A DNA stretch of 38,460 bases from Candidatus Sulfobium sp. (GTDB taxonomy: Bacteria > Nitrospirota > Thermodesulfovibrionia > Thermodesulfovibrionales > UBA6898), in NCBI GenBank assembly GCA_037380845.1, contig JARRRI010000020.1, forward strand, positions 52,046 to 90,505, read 5' to 3'. A program made the position numbers and the translations under genes. The notes beneath the pieces are model-generated. The model had not been told where the DNA came from and did not search any database. It worked only from the letters and a program-made list of their open reading frames with translations. Positions 20,159 through 32,058 of this stretch are shown here, in pieces; position 1 is the first letter of the stretch, and every line of letters begins with the position of its first letter.

Positions 20159-21130
20159 ATGGACATCAAATTGACAAATCTCTCAAGCTGCGCCGGTTGA
20201 GCGTCTAAGTTCAGTCCTTCGGACCTGTCCCACGTGCTGGGGCAGCTGCCTGCGATTACCGATGCCAATGTGCTGGTCGGCTCCACCAATGAGGACGATG
20301 CCGGAGTTTACCGCATATCGGACGAGACCGCAGTGGTTTTAACCACTGATTTTTTCACTCCTATCGTTGACGACCCATACTGGTTCGGTGCAATCGCCGC
20401 CGCAAACTCCCTGTCGGATGTGTGGGCGATGGGAGCCAGGCCGATAGTAGCCCTGAACGTTGCTATGTTTCCTCACCAGCCCGAATTTTTTCCCGTGCTG
20501 CAAAGGATCATGAAGGGGGGGATCGACAAGATGACAGAGGCCGGGGTGTCGATAGTGGGGGGGCATACGATCAGGGACAAAGAGCCGAAGTTCGGCTACA
20601 CGGTTATGGGCGTCGTCCATCCCGGCAAGGTGCTTCATAACGCGAAGGCACGTCCCGGAGATGCGCTTGTTCTCACAACCTCTTCCATGGCTGCCCTGAA
20701 TAAGAAGGCCGGAGAGATCATGGTCGAGGTCGGGGTTGACACCGCTACGGACATAACCGGCTTCGGTCTTATAGGACACCTCCTTGAAGTGCTGCGGGCG
20801 AGCGACTGCACCGCACGGCTTTACTCAGGCCGGGTGCCCCTTTTTCAAGACGCCCTGAATCTGGCGGATAAGGGAATAATACCGGGAGGCACGAGGGAAA
20901 ACCGGAAAACCTTCGAGCAATACGTGTCGTGGGACGAAGACGTTACGGAGAGCCGGAGGATTCTGATGAACGACGCCCAGACGTCCGGCGGCCTCCTCAT
21001 CTTTGTGCCGGATGCGGACAGGGACAGGCTGGTCGATGCGTTGCATAAAGAAGGGTTGATTGCGGCGTACATCGGTGACGTCACCGGCCGCGGGGCGAAA
21101 AACGGAAAGAGGGTATTTGTCGGCCGGTAA
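20159..21130 (+). CDS. selD: Selenide, water dikinase with selenocysteine (UGA at 20198-20200); apparent internal in-frame deletion
   Basis: ATG 20159 reads MDIKLTNLSSCAG-U-ASK in frame with the 20234 ORF. Motifs DDAGVY, DFFTPIVDDP, GGHT, DITGFGL and DAQTSGGLL. Confidence 0.93.
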
Positions 21131-21159
21131 CACATTAGGGAATCGGCAAATACGGGGCT

Positions 21160-21453
21160 TCAGGAGCCGTCGTCAGTTACGAACATCAGCCCCGCCTTGC
21201 ACACATCTTCATTTAAGTTCCTCGTCCACCGCACGGCCGCAGTCCTGGATGGAACGGTCAGAACGGACATTATCTCGACCTTCTGTCCCTCTCTAAGGAC
21301 ATTGGACGTATATAGGTAGAGGCCCGACTCACTGAGATTAACGGCAACTCCCTTGAATTTCCCTCCCGGCACTTCGCCCTTCATTTCGTATTCTATGGGT
21401 GACGGGAAAACAGTACGTCGGCATCTTCTCCGTTCTACAGGAACGGATGTCAT
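21160..21453 (-). CDS. Stand-alone PilZ domain protein
   Basis: RxxxR (ERRRCRR) and N-x-S-x-x-G (NLSESG) c-di-GMP binding motifs, plus VRW and GLMF. Confidence 0.8.
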   Translation of the reverse strand: MTSVPVERRRCRRTVFPSPIEYEMKGEVPGGKFKGVAVNLSESGLYLYTSNVLREGQKVEIMSVLTVPSRTAAVRWTRNLNEDVCKAGLMFVTDDGS

Positions 21454-21546
21454 CCCCTTGGCCTTCCGTTTGCAGCATTCAGCCGCTGGAGGCGGCAAGA
21501 AGTGTTTGTTGACTCCAGTATAACAGGTTTGGAGACAATGGCAAAT

Positions 21547-23873
<2,327 letters not shown>

Positions 23874-23874
<1 letters not shown>

Positions 23875-25223
23875 CAGGTCATCTTTTCTTTGACAACCTT
23901 CGATATATCCATGCCGAGCCTTCTTATTGTTTTCAGGTCATCCCCTTCGAGCATGATGCGTATCTTCGGCTCCGTGCCTGACGGCCTTACAAGCACCCTG
24001 CCCCGGCCGTCAAGCTGCTCTTCGGCCGTCCTGATCGCCCCTTCGATTTCAGGTATCGCTGAAAGGTCATGCATCTTCTCGACCTCGACGTTAAGGAGTA
24101 CTTGCGGGAAAAGCCTGACCCTGGATGCCAGCTTCGAAAGCGGCATATCACTGCTCTTCATAACGTTCAGGACCTGCACGGCCGTTACAGGTCCGTCTCC
24201 CGTAGTGTTAAGGTCCAGGAAGACGAGATGCCCCGACTGTTCTCCCCCCAGGTTATGGTCCCCTTCGATCATCTTTTCGACCACGTACCGGTCGCCGACC
24301 TTCGTCCGTACCAGCCCGATTCCCTGCCTTTCCAGAAACTTCTCCAGCCCCAGATTGCTCATCACCGTCGCCACCACCGCATTTCCCTTGAGCGTGCCTT
24401 CTTTTTTCATGGCAGAGGCGCAAATACCCATTATCTGATCGCCGTCAACAATCTTCCCTTTCTCATCGACCAGCAGCGTCCGGTCAGCATCCCCGTCATG
24501 AGAAATACCGATATCGGCTTTGTGCTTTCTTACTGTTTTGCGGAGCCCTTCCAGGTGAAGAGATCCGCACCCCGAATTTATGTTGACCCCGTCGGGCCTG
24601 TCGTTGACGGCTATCACATCGGCGCCCAGTTCCCGCAGGAGCCAGGGAGTGGTCTTGTATGCGGCCCCGTTGGCGCAGTCTACCACAATCTTCATGCCTT
24701 CGAGTGTCGTGCCCTTCCGGAGCGTTGACTTGATGTATTCGATATACCGTCCGGTGGCATCGTCAAGCCTGTGGGCCTTGCCGACTTCCTCACCCTTGGG
24801 CCTGAACCTGTGCAGGGAGTCGTCCATCACCAGTTCTTCTATTCTCTTTTCGACGCTGTCGGGAAGTTTGAACCCGGTGTAGGAAAAGAATTTTATCCCG
24901 TTGTCCTGATAAGGATTGTGAGAGGCAGAAATCACGATGCCCGCGTCGATCCTCAGCGTCCTCGTAAGAAAGGCTATGCCCGGCGTGGGCAGGGGACCGA
25001 CAAGAGTAACGTTCATACCCATGGAACATATTCCCGACGTTAGGGCGCTTTCGATCATGTAACCGGAAAGCCGCGTGTCTTTGCCGATCAGCACCATGTT
25101 TCTCCCGTGATGCTCCTTCCTGAGCACCGTAGCCGCAGCCATTCCTATTTTGAGGACATTCTCCGGTGTCATCGGGTGCCGGTTGATCCTTCCCCGTATA
25201 CCGTCTGTACCGAAAAGCCTCAT
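23874..25223 (-). CDS. glmM: Phosphoglucosamine mutase
   Basis: FGTDGIRG, SASHNP, DGDADR, GGEQSGH and RPSGTEP. Confidence 0.97.
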
Positions 25224-25867
25224 CTCTTCCCCTCTTCAATCACTATAGTAACCTGGATGGTGCTGACCTCTATTTTGACATTCGTATTGGTGCCGTCCAG
25301 GCTTACTTCTTTAACCGTGGTCGTTGTCAGCCCCGAGATGTCGACTACGTCCGTTCTGAGTTCGCGTATCTTTTTTACTTCGGACTCCAGCCCCCGTACT
25401 TCGACGGTCCGGGGCTGGACGTCTATGGACTTTATAAAATATCCTTTTGCGGGAATTCCTATCACGGTGGGCCTCACCTTAACGGATTTCGTGACCGTTT
25501 CTTCAATGTCGAGTTTGACCGAGGAGGGTGCGACGTTCATGACCGACATGGCATAAGGCAGCCTGATATCGTCCTTGTTAATGTAATAAGTCGCCTTTCC
25601 GGTCTTGGCCCTGGTCAGGTCCACGGACACCCGGACGTCGGCGGGCTGCAGGCTTTTCATGATCCGCTCCTGTCCCCTTATCGTCACATTCACCTCTTTG
25701 GTACTGGCGGTGACAATGCCATAGCCCGCAGGGACATTCTTGAATTCCAGGGGGACCTCAAGAGATATTTCGGACTGCCCCCTCGATGTCACGAACAGCC
25801 ACAGGAATACAGCGAGCAGCAGGGCGGATATCTTGAGACTGAGGTTTCCGAAAAGCAGTTTCCTCAT
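25220..25867 (-). CDS. cdaR: YbbR-like/CdaR diadenylate cyclase regulator
   Basis: N-terminal TM (KISALLLAVFLWLFV) and beta-rich YbbR-like repeats, located between cdaA and glmM. Confidence 0.85.
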   Translation of the reverse strand: MRKLLFGNLSLKISALLLAVFLWLFVTSRGQSEISLEVPLEFKNVPAGYGIVTASTKEVNVTIRGQERIMKSLQPADVRVSVDLTRAKTGKATYYINKDDIRLPYAMSVMNVAPSSVKLDIEETVTKSVKVRPTVIGIPAKGYFIKSIDVQPRTVEVRGLESEVKKIRELRTDVVDISGLTTTTVKEVSLDGTNTNVKIEVSTIQVTIVIEEGKR

Positions 25868-26631
25868 TTCTTCCCCTTGCTTGCAGCGAACAGGTCGGTC
25901 ATCAAATCTCTCAGCGTCCCCATATCCAGTTTAGTTTCCAGTCTGCCGTCCATGCTCATCGATATGAACCCCGTTTCCTCGGAAACAATTACTGCCACGG
26001 CGTCTGTTTCTTCGGTAAGGCCGATGCCGGCCCGGTGCCTGGTGCCGATCGACTTGCTCAATTCCGAACTCAGAGTTATCGGGAGAAAGCATCCGGCAGC
26101 AGCCACCCTGTTGCCTTTTATAATAACCGCTCCGTCATGGATAGGGGAAGTGGGATGGAAAATGCTGAGCAGCAGTTCTTTGGAAACTCTGGCATCGAGG
26201 GGGGTGCCGACCTCGACGAAGTCCTTCAGACTGGTATCCCGCTCGATCACGATCAGTGCCCCGATCTTTCTGTTGGCGAGGGAAACCACCGCCCTTACAA
26301 TCTCTTCGAGAGACTTGAGCTCTTCGGCCTTTGTAAAAGTGAGAAACTGCGTTTCGCCCATATGGGCGAGGGCCCTCCTTATCTCAGGCTGGAAGAGCAC
26401 GATTATCGCGATAACAATCTGGGACCAGAAACTCTGGACAAGCCAGTCGATCGTGTATAGTTCGAGGTAGCGGGACGCTATGGACGCAAGCAGCAGAATA
26501 CCGAGTCCGATCAGCATCTGTGCGGCCTTTGTCCCCTTCACAATCAGCAGGAGGCGGTAAAGAATTACCGCCATTACCGTAATGTCGAGGATGTCGAGGA
26601 TCCATCTGTGATGGCGTAAAATTTCGATCAT
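25864..26631 (-). CDS. cdaA: Diadenylate cyclase CdaA/DacA
   Basis: Three TM helices, FQPEIRRAL, DGA (HDGAV), RHR (GTRHRA) and VSEETG. Confidence 0.95.
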   Translation of the reverse strand: MIEILRHHRWILDILDITVMAVILYRLLLIVKGTKAAQMLIGLGILLLASIASRYLELYTIDWLVQSFWSQIVIAIIVLFQPEIRRALAHMGETQFLTFTKAEELKSLEEIVRAVVSLANRKIGALIVIERDTSLKDFVEVGTPLDARVSKELLLSIFHPTSPIHDGAVIIKGNRVAAAGCFLPITLSSELSKSIGTRHRAGIGLTEETDAVAVIVSEETGFISMSMDGRLETKLDMGTLRDLMTDLFAASKGKK

Positions 26632-26762
26632 ATTGAAACGGAGAACCCCACGATTTAATATTATATAGTAAGCAGTTTCAATTTTGCATACATCATCGCG
26701 GCGGCGAGCGGCGGCCTTTCCCGTCCGGTACCTGTTATAATTAAAAGTAACCGGTATGGATA

Positions 26763-27530
26763 ATGAGTATGAATCCCCTTGACCTCTACAAGAAACTTCC
26801 CCGGGAAAACTGCGGCAAATGCGGGTTCAGGACCTGCATGCCCTTTGCGCTGTCCGTAATAACCGGGGACGCTGTTCTGGCGGACTGCCCGCTCCTGTCC
26901 GAAGAGGAAAGGGGAGCGATAGAGAGCTCCCTTTCCCTTACCGACTGGAGGCAGGATCTCATACGGAAGCTGCGGGAGGAGGTAGAGGGCATGGATTTCA
27001 GTCAAGTGGCCGAAGGGATCGGGGCCGAGGTGAGGGGCAGCAGCCTCTTTCTGACCTGCATGGGCAGGGAGTTCACTATATCGCCTGAGGGGGATATAGT
27101 GACAAGAGGTCATATGACGCCCTGGATCAAGATTCTTCTTCTGCACTACGTCAGGACAAAGGGCACGGGAGAATTAACGGGGAAGTGGACGTCTTTCGGC
27201 GAACTGAAGAGCGGCATGGTAAAGGCTTCATCATTCGAGAGGGACTGCGAGGAACCCCTCAGGCAGCTGTTTGACAGTGACTTCGGCAGGGTCGAAAAGA
27301 CGCTGTTGAGGATGGGTGCGGAGCGGCGAGCGGACTTTCCTACCGAAAGCGCATGGTATGTCCGCCTCCTGCCCAGGATACCCGTAGCGATACTTTACTG
27401 GCCGGCGGAGGAGGATTTCCCTTCCAAGGTCAAAATACTCTTTGACTCCTCGGCGGACAGATTCCTCGACGCGGAATCAATGATATTTCTGGTCGAAGGA
27501 CTTGTCAGGAACGTCGAATTGTCGCATTAG
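26763..27530 (+). CDS. Fe-S cluster domain (AcsC/RnfB N-terminal type) fused to DUF3786-like domain
   Basis: LPRENCGKCGFRTCMPFA...CP N-terminus. LLPRIP..ILYW..EEDFP..KILFD C-terminus. Confidence 0.75.
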   Translation: MSMNPLDLYKKLPRENCGKCGFRTCMPFALSVITGDAVLADCPLLSEEERGAIESSLSLTDWRQDLIRKLREEVEGMDFSQVAEGIGAEVRGSSLFLTCMGREFTISPEGDIVTRGHMTPWIKILLLHYVRTKGTGELTGKWTSFGELKSGMVKASSFERDCEEPLRQLFDSDFGRVEKTLLRMGAERRADFPTESAWYVRLLPRIPVAILYWPAEEDFPSKVKILFDSSADRFLDAESMIFLVEGLVRNVELSH

Positions 27531-27560
27531 GCTCCGGCCTAAATGGGCCTTGGAGGGCAT

Positions 27561-27590
27561 TGGACATCGGCCGCGCCGAGCGGTTATAAT
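27561..27590 (+). promoter_or_regulatory. sigma70-type promoter, probably leaderless, for the Cys/Sec microprotein
   Basis: TGGACA-N18-TATAAT, with the ATG beginning 7 nt after the -10 box and no RBS in between. Confidence 0.55.
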
Positions 27591-27596
27591 CCACGC

Positions 27597-27731
27597 ATGG
27601 AAACATGCGACACCTGCGGGCGGCCCCTGGAAGAGTGCGTCTGCTGCCTCGGCTGAGGGCATAGCTGCCCCCTGGACCTGGGGGAGCCGTTCTGTCCCGT
27701 CTGCAAACCGGTGCCCGGAGGGACGGTCTGA
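27597..27731 (+). CDS. Putative Cys-rich selenoprotein microprotein (44 aa, UGA at 27654-27656)
   Basis: METCDTCGRPLEECVCCLG-U-GHSCPLDLGEPFCPVCKPVPGGTV. Cys patterning continues across the UGA, and a hairpin follows immediately. Confidence 0.6.
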
Positions 27732-27841
27732 GGGAGCAGGGCGCGGCCCGTATGAGGGACCGGTCGTAATCTGTGGTAAGTCTTTATAAGGCTTATGCAT
27801 CATTCGATGACATCCTTATCACAACTTTACGGAGGTGGAAC

Positions 27842-28339
27842 ATGGCGGAAGAGCATTCATTCGATATTGTAAGCAAGGTAGACCTTCAGGAGGTCCTTAA
27901 CGCCGTCCAGCAGGCGATGAAGGAGATACAGCAGCGTTTCGACTTCAGGGGCAGCAAAAGCAATATAGAGTTGAACAGGGACAAGCATGAGATAACCCTT
28001 GTTTCGGATGACGAAGGCAAACTGAAAAGTGTTATAGACATACTCCAGACAAAACTCGTGAAGAGGGGCATATCACTCAAGGCACTGAACTACGGCAAGA
28101 CAGAGCAGGCATCGGGCGGTACGGTAAGGCAGATAGTGACCCTTCAGCAGGGGATACCGGTCGAGAAGGCAAAGGAGATCGTTAAGCTAATCAAGGACGC
28201 GAAGATGAAGGTCCAGGGAGAGATACAGAAGGACCAGGTGCGCGTCAGGGCAAAGAAAATAGATGACCTGCAGGCTGTCATGAAGGCGATAAAGGAGAAG
28301 GATTTCGGGATCCATATCGACTTCATCAACTACAGGTAG
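27842..28339 (+). CDS. yajQ: YajQ family nucleotide/c-di-GMP binding protein
   Basis: SFDIVSKVD, RFDFRGS, QGI and DDLQAVM..NYR. GGAGG RBS. Confidence 0.93.
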   Translation: MAEEHSFDIVSKVDLQEVLNAVQQAMKEIQQRFDFRGSKSNIELNRDKHEITLVSDDEGKLKSVIDILQTKLVKRGISLKALNYGKTEQASGGTVRQIVTLQQGIPVEKAKEIVKLIKDAKMKVQGEIQKDQVRVRAKKIDDLQAVMKAIKEKDFGIHIDFINYR

Positions 28340-28359
28340 CTCAGTGTAGTACTCTTGTT

Positions 28360-29532
28360 TCAGAATATGAACAGTGAAAGGGCCGCGCCGGCCAGGACGA
28401 CGTAGAGGATATCCACCTTTCTGACCAGGGCAATGAACGCGGTCAGCCCCAGCAGGAGCCTGACCGCATCCCAGGGTACCGCCCACGCAAATTTCACCGT
28501 CACAAAGAAAAGGAGACCCACAAAGGAGGCCAGTATTCCCTTGACTGCCCTCAGGAAGATTGCGGACGACTTGAGTCTGTCGAAAAAGGGCGTTACCCCG
28601 GCAAGCACCATGAAGGAGGGTGAAAAAATGGCAATGGTGCCCACAACGGCGCCCGGAATGCCATACACGAGATAGCCCACGAAAGTGGAAGTGATGACTA
28701 TCGGGCCGGGCGTGACCTGGCCGAGCGCTATGCCGTCCATGAATGTCTTGCTGTCCATCCAGCCCCTCACACCCACGACTTCGTGAAGGAGCAGTGGTAG
28801 TGAGGCAAAACCTCCTCCAAAAGCGAAAAGGTCGACCCTGACCATGAGGGCGGCAAGGGAAAAGAGTGTCGGATACAGCAGGTAGAGCCCGCCAAGCCCT
28901 GCAATGAAAACACAAAACAGTATCAGGACATGACGGAAGATGCGTCTGTCCATTATTTTTCGCGGTGACGGCGGTATGTCAAGGCTGAAAGTCCTGTGTA
29001 TAAGTGCCCCGGTGAGGGCCGCGCCCGCGATTACAATAAAGGGGCTCAGGCCCGCCCCAAACAGAACGGCCGCCAGTAAGGCGATCATAGCGTCTCGCCA
29101 GGTCTTCAATATGCTGATGCCGAAGGAGCGTGTAGCCCCCGCAACGATGGCGACCACTATTACCTGGAGGCCGCTGAAAAGGGAGACAATCTGCGGGAGG
29201 TTGTGTGAGCCGGCATAGAGCGAAGACAGAACCATCATCAGAACAAACGCCGGCAGACCGAAACCGGTAAATGAACACAGTGCACCCGGCACACCTCCGG
29301 CCCTCAGTCCCACGTATGCCGCCATCTGCATCGCTGTGGCGCCCGGGACGGACTGGCAGATGGCCACCCCGTCTCCGAACGTGTCTTCATCCAGCCAACC
29401 GAAGCGCGTCACGGACATCTTCCTGATGTGCTCGATCATGGCGGGGCCGCCGAATGCGGTGAGACCGAGCCTGAAGAAAGACAGGAACAAGCGCTTTGGC
29501 GAAGGTTTTCCCGGCTTATTTAATGTTTTCAT
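28360..29532 (-). CDS. chrA: Chromate efflux transporter (long-chain CHR)
   Basis: Two homologous halves: GLTAFGG..QSVPG and AFGGG..GQVTPGP. Confidence 0.9.
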   Translation of the reverse strand: MKTLNKPGKPSPKRLFLSFFRLGLTAFGGPAMIEHIRKMSVTRFGWLDEDTFGDGVAICQSVPGATAMQMAAYVGLRAGGVPGALCSFTGFGLPAFVLMMVLSSLYAGSHNLPQIVSLFSGLQVIVVAIVAGATRSFGISILKTWRDAMIALLAAVLFGAGLSPFIVIAGAALTGALIHRTFSLDIPPSPRKIMDRRIFRHVLILFCVFIAGLGGLYLLYPTLFSLAALMVRVDLFAFGGGFASLPLLLHEVVGVRGWMDSKTFMDGIALGQVTPGPIVITSTFVGYLVYGIPGAVVGTIAIFSPSFMVLAGVTPFFDRLKSSAIFLRAVKGILASFVGLLFFVTVKFAWAVPWDAVRLLLGLTAFIALVRKVDILYVVLAGAALSLFIF

Positions 29533-29617
29533 TGCGGTTTAAACATACCGGACGCCTTACCCCGGTGTCAAAAAGGGAGGCGGCGGGCTGCAGGGAAAGC
29601 CGGCATCTCTGCTCATC

Positions 29618-29637
29618 CCTGCCTGCCGGCAGGCGGG
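29618..29637. repeat. GC-rich extragenic palindrome
   Basis: CCTGCCTGCCGGCAGGCGGG is a near-perfect 20-bp palindrome in the divergent intergenic region. Confidence 0.5.
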
Positions 29638-29805
29638 CCTGCGGGTAATTATTCGGTATGCAGGGGGCTTATAACCACCGGGCTTTATCATTGAGGATAA
29701 TACCGGTTTCGTATGTTATTATTAATTCTTGATGTTTAAACATTGCAGACTCGACATAAAACACGAGGTAATTACGACCCCGGGTAAGCAAAGATCAGCG
29801 GCGGC

Positions 29806-31437
29806 ATGAAGCTTTTACAGTCCTATTATCTTCCGGTACTGGTTGCGGTCTTCCTTTTCCTGTCTTTTTACAGGCTGGCGTCGGTCACGCTTTTTGATGT
29901 GGACGAGGCGGTATTCGCCGAGGCGACGAAAGAGATGGTAAATGACGGCAACTGGATAACGCCGACCTATAATGGAGTGAACCGCTATGACAAGCCCATC
30001 CTCTTTTACTGGCTCATGGCCGCCTCCTACAAGGCATTCGGGATCAACGACTTCGGGGCCAGGTTCCCTTCGGCCCTCGCCGGTCTCCTGCTCTGCCTGG
30101 CGGTTTTCCTCTTCGGCCGTCGCGTGGGCGACGCTCGCACGGGCATTTACGCGTCGGGCGTCATGGCCCTCTCCCTGTTTTATTTCGTTTATTCTCATGC
30201 GGCTGTTACCGATATGGCTCTTACCCTTTTTATCACCCTTTCTCTGTTTTCCCTCTTCCTTTCGCGGGCGGCGAGGGCCGGGGGCAGGCCCGGAGAGGAC
30301 CTTTATCTCTACGGCTTTTATCTGTTTTCTGCACTGGCTTTTCTGACCAAGGGGCTCATAGGAATCGTCTTTCCGTTCGCCATAGCAATCGTTTACATGT
30401 ACTCCAGGGAAAGAATGAGGGGCGTGAGACGGGTCTTCAGTCTCAAAGGGTTTGTCCTTTTTTTCATCGTCTCCGCTCCCTGGTACGGGGCGGAACTGGC
30501 GGTAAACGGACGGGAGTTTATCAGGCTTTTCATCATAAAGCACCATTTCATGAGATATACCGGGGTAATATCCGGCCACAGGGGCCCTATTTTCTATTAC
30601 ATCCCGGTGCTGATAATCGGCCTGTTCCCCTGGATCGTTTTTTTGCCCGGCGGGATCAGAAACGCCCTGAAAGGTCCGCGCAATCCCCTTGCCGCCCCGA
30701 CCGGTGGTCCTGGCCCCGCAGAGGCGGCTTCAGGGAATGACCTCTACCGGTCCGCCATGCTGCTGGCCTTCCTGTGGTTTGCATTCATCTTTGTCTTTTT
30801 CTCCTTCTCTACAACGAAACTTCCCAACTATGTACTTCCCGCCGTTCCTGCAGCTTGCCTTCTTATCGCCTCCGGTTTGTCGGAGCGGTGGGGTTCGTGG
30901 AAGCGTTACGAATATGTGTTTCTGGCCTGCCTCTCCATATTGTTGGGTGTCGCGTTTGTCATCTCCCGAAGGTATCTTTCAAGGCTGGGGATCGATGAGA
31001 CGGGCTGGGTCCTTATTGTCTCCGCTGTCCTGATTGCGATGGCCGGGGCCGCTTCATACATGGCCATTGCCAAAAAGGAACCCCGGGGCGTTCTCGCGGC
31101 GCTCATGCTCGCCTTTTTACTGCTCCTCTCCGTGGACGCTCTTCCTCTCGCAAGCGGTTACATGCAGGGCGCCCTGCACAAGTTCAGCCTGTATGCGAAA
31201 GAGAGCCTTCCCCCGGGAGAGAAGGTGATAGTCTATCGTATAAACAACCCCAGTATCGTTTTTTATTCAGGACACGAGGTGCAGGAGGTCGGCGACCCCG
31301 GAGAGCTGGCGCCTCTTGTCAGGAAAGGAAGGAAGTTGCTGGTAATAGCAAAGACCAAAGACCTGGGAAGTCTGAAGAATACGGGTCTTTCAGTGAAGGA
31401 AGAAACCGGAAATTATGCGCTCCTTGTGGCGAAATAG
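29806..31437 (+). CDS. ArnT/PMT family (GT-C) glycosyltransferase
   Basis: DVDEAVFAE, DKPILFYW, LTKG and KLPNYVLP motifs, with many TM helices. Confidence 0.85.
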   Translation: MKLLQSYYLPVLVAVFLFLSFYRLASVTLFDVDEAVFAEATKEMVNDGNWITPTYNGVNRYDKPILFYWLMAASYKAFGINDFGARFPSALAGLLLCLAVFLFGRRVGDARTGIYASGVMALSLFYFVYSHAAVTDMALTLFITLSLFSLFLSRAARAGGRPGEDLYLYGFYLFSALAFLTKGLIGIVFPFAIAIVYMYSRERMRGVRRVFSLKGFVLFFIVSAPWYGAELAVNGREFIRLFIIKHHFMRYTGVISGHRGPIFYYIPVLIIGLFPWIVFLPGGIRNALKGPRNPLAAPTGGPGPAEAASGNDLYRSAMLLAFLWFAFIFVFFSFSTTKLPNYVLPAVPAACLLIASGLSERWGSWKRYEYVFLACLSILLGVAFVISRRYLSRLGIDETGWVLIVSAVLIAMAGAASYMAIAKKEPRGVLAALMLAFLLLLSVDALPLASGYMQGALHKFSLYAKESLPPGEKVIVYRINNPSIVFYSGHEVQEVGDPGELAPLVRKGRKLLVIAKTKDLGSLKNTGLSVKEETGNYALLVAK

Positions 31438-32047
31438 ACTCCTTTATGCCTCTCTCCTGATACTGCCCGCCTTTTACTTCGATCAGGCCGTTGTAATATG
31501 GGTCAGGGATTATCTCAAGCCGAACTTCGGCGCTTACACCTACTGGCTGGACCCCGGGGCCAACCACTGGGTGGCTTATGTTTCTAACGGCGCGACACTG
31601 CTCGTCCTTTCAATTCTTCTCTATCTGGCGGGCAGGGTCCGAAACAACAAGACCTTTTCCGACGCAGGGAAGTTCCTGGTCGCGGGGTTCGCGGCATCCG
31701 GGATTACAGTGCAGATAATCAAGCACCTCCTGGGGAGGGCGAGGCCGAGAATAGCCTATGAAACATTATTCACCGGACCTTCCCTCAGGGGCGGATACGA
31801 TTCTTTCCCTTCGGGCCATACGGCCGCGGCGTTCTCTCTTGCCTTCATCATTTCCCTCTATCTTCCGAAGTACAGGGTCTGCTTTTATCTTTTCGCCGTT
31901 CTGATAGCGCTGAGCAGGGTCATCGGCCTGTCCCACTTCCCTTCTGACATCCTGGCCGGTGCCGTTGTCGGCCTGGCGGTGGGAAAAGTCATGCTCCTGA
32001 AGCTGCCGGGCTTAAGGGCATCGGTCCAGGCATCCGGAGAGAAGTGA
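31415..32047 (+). CDS. PAP2 family membrane phosphatase
   Basis: K..LGRARP, SFPSGH and SR...HFPSD motifs. Confidence 0.9.
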   Translation: MRSLWRNRLLYASLLILPAFYFDQAVVIWVRDYLKPNFGAYTYWLDPGANHWVAYVSNGATLLVLSILLYLAGRVRNNKTFSDAGKFLVAGFAASGITVQIIKHLLGRARPRIAYETLFTGPSLRGGYDSFPSGHTAAAFSLAFIISLYLPKYRVCFYLFAVLIALSRVIGLSHFPSDILAGAVVGLAVGKVMLLKLPGLRASVQASGEK

Positions 32048-32058
32048 TAATCCCGGGG

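Noticed and set aside
27477..27803. ORF-track calls 27477-27803 (-) and 27502-27789 (+)
   Set aside because: They have no motifs or RBS and overlap neighbouring genes. The Cys-rich frame at 27597 explains the region better.
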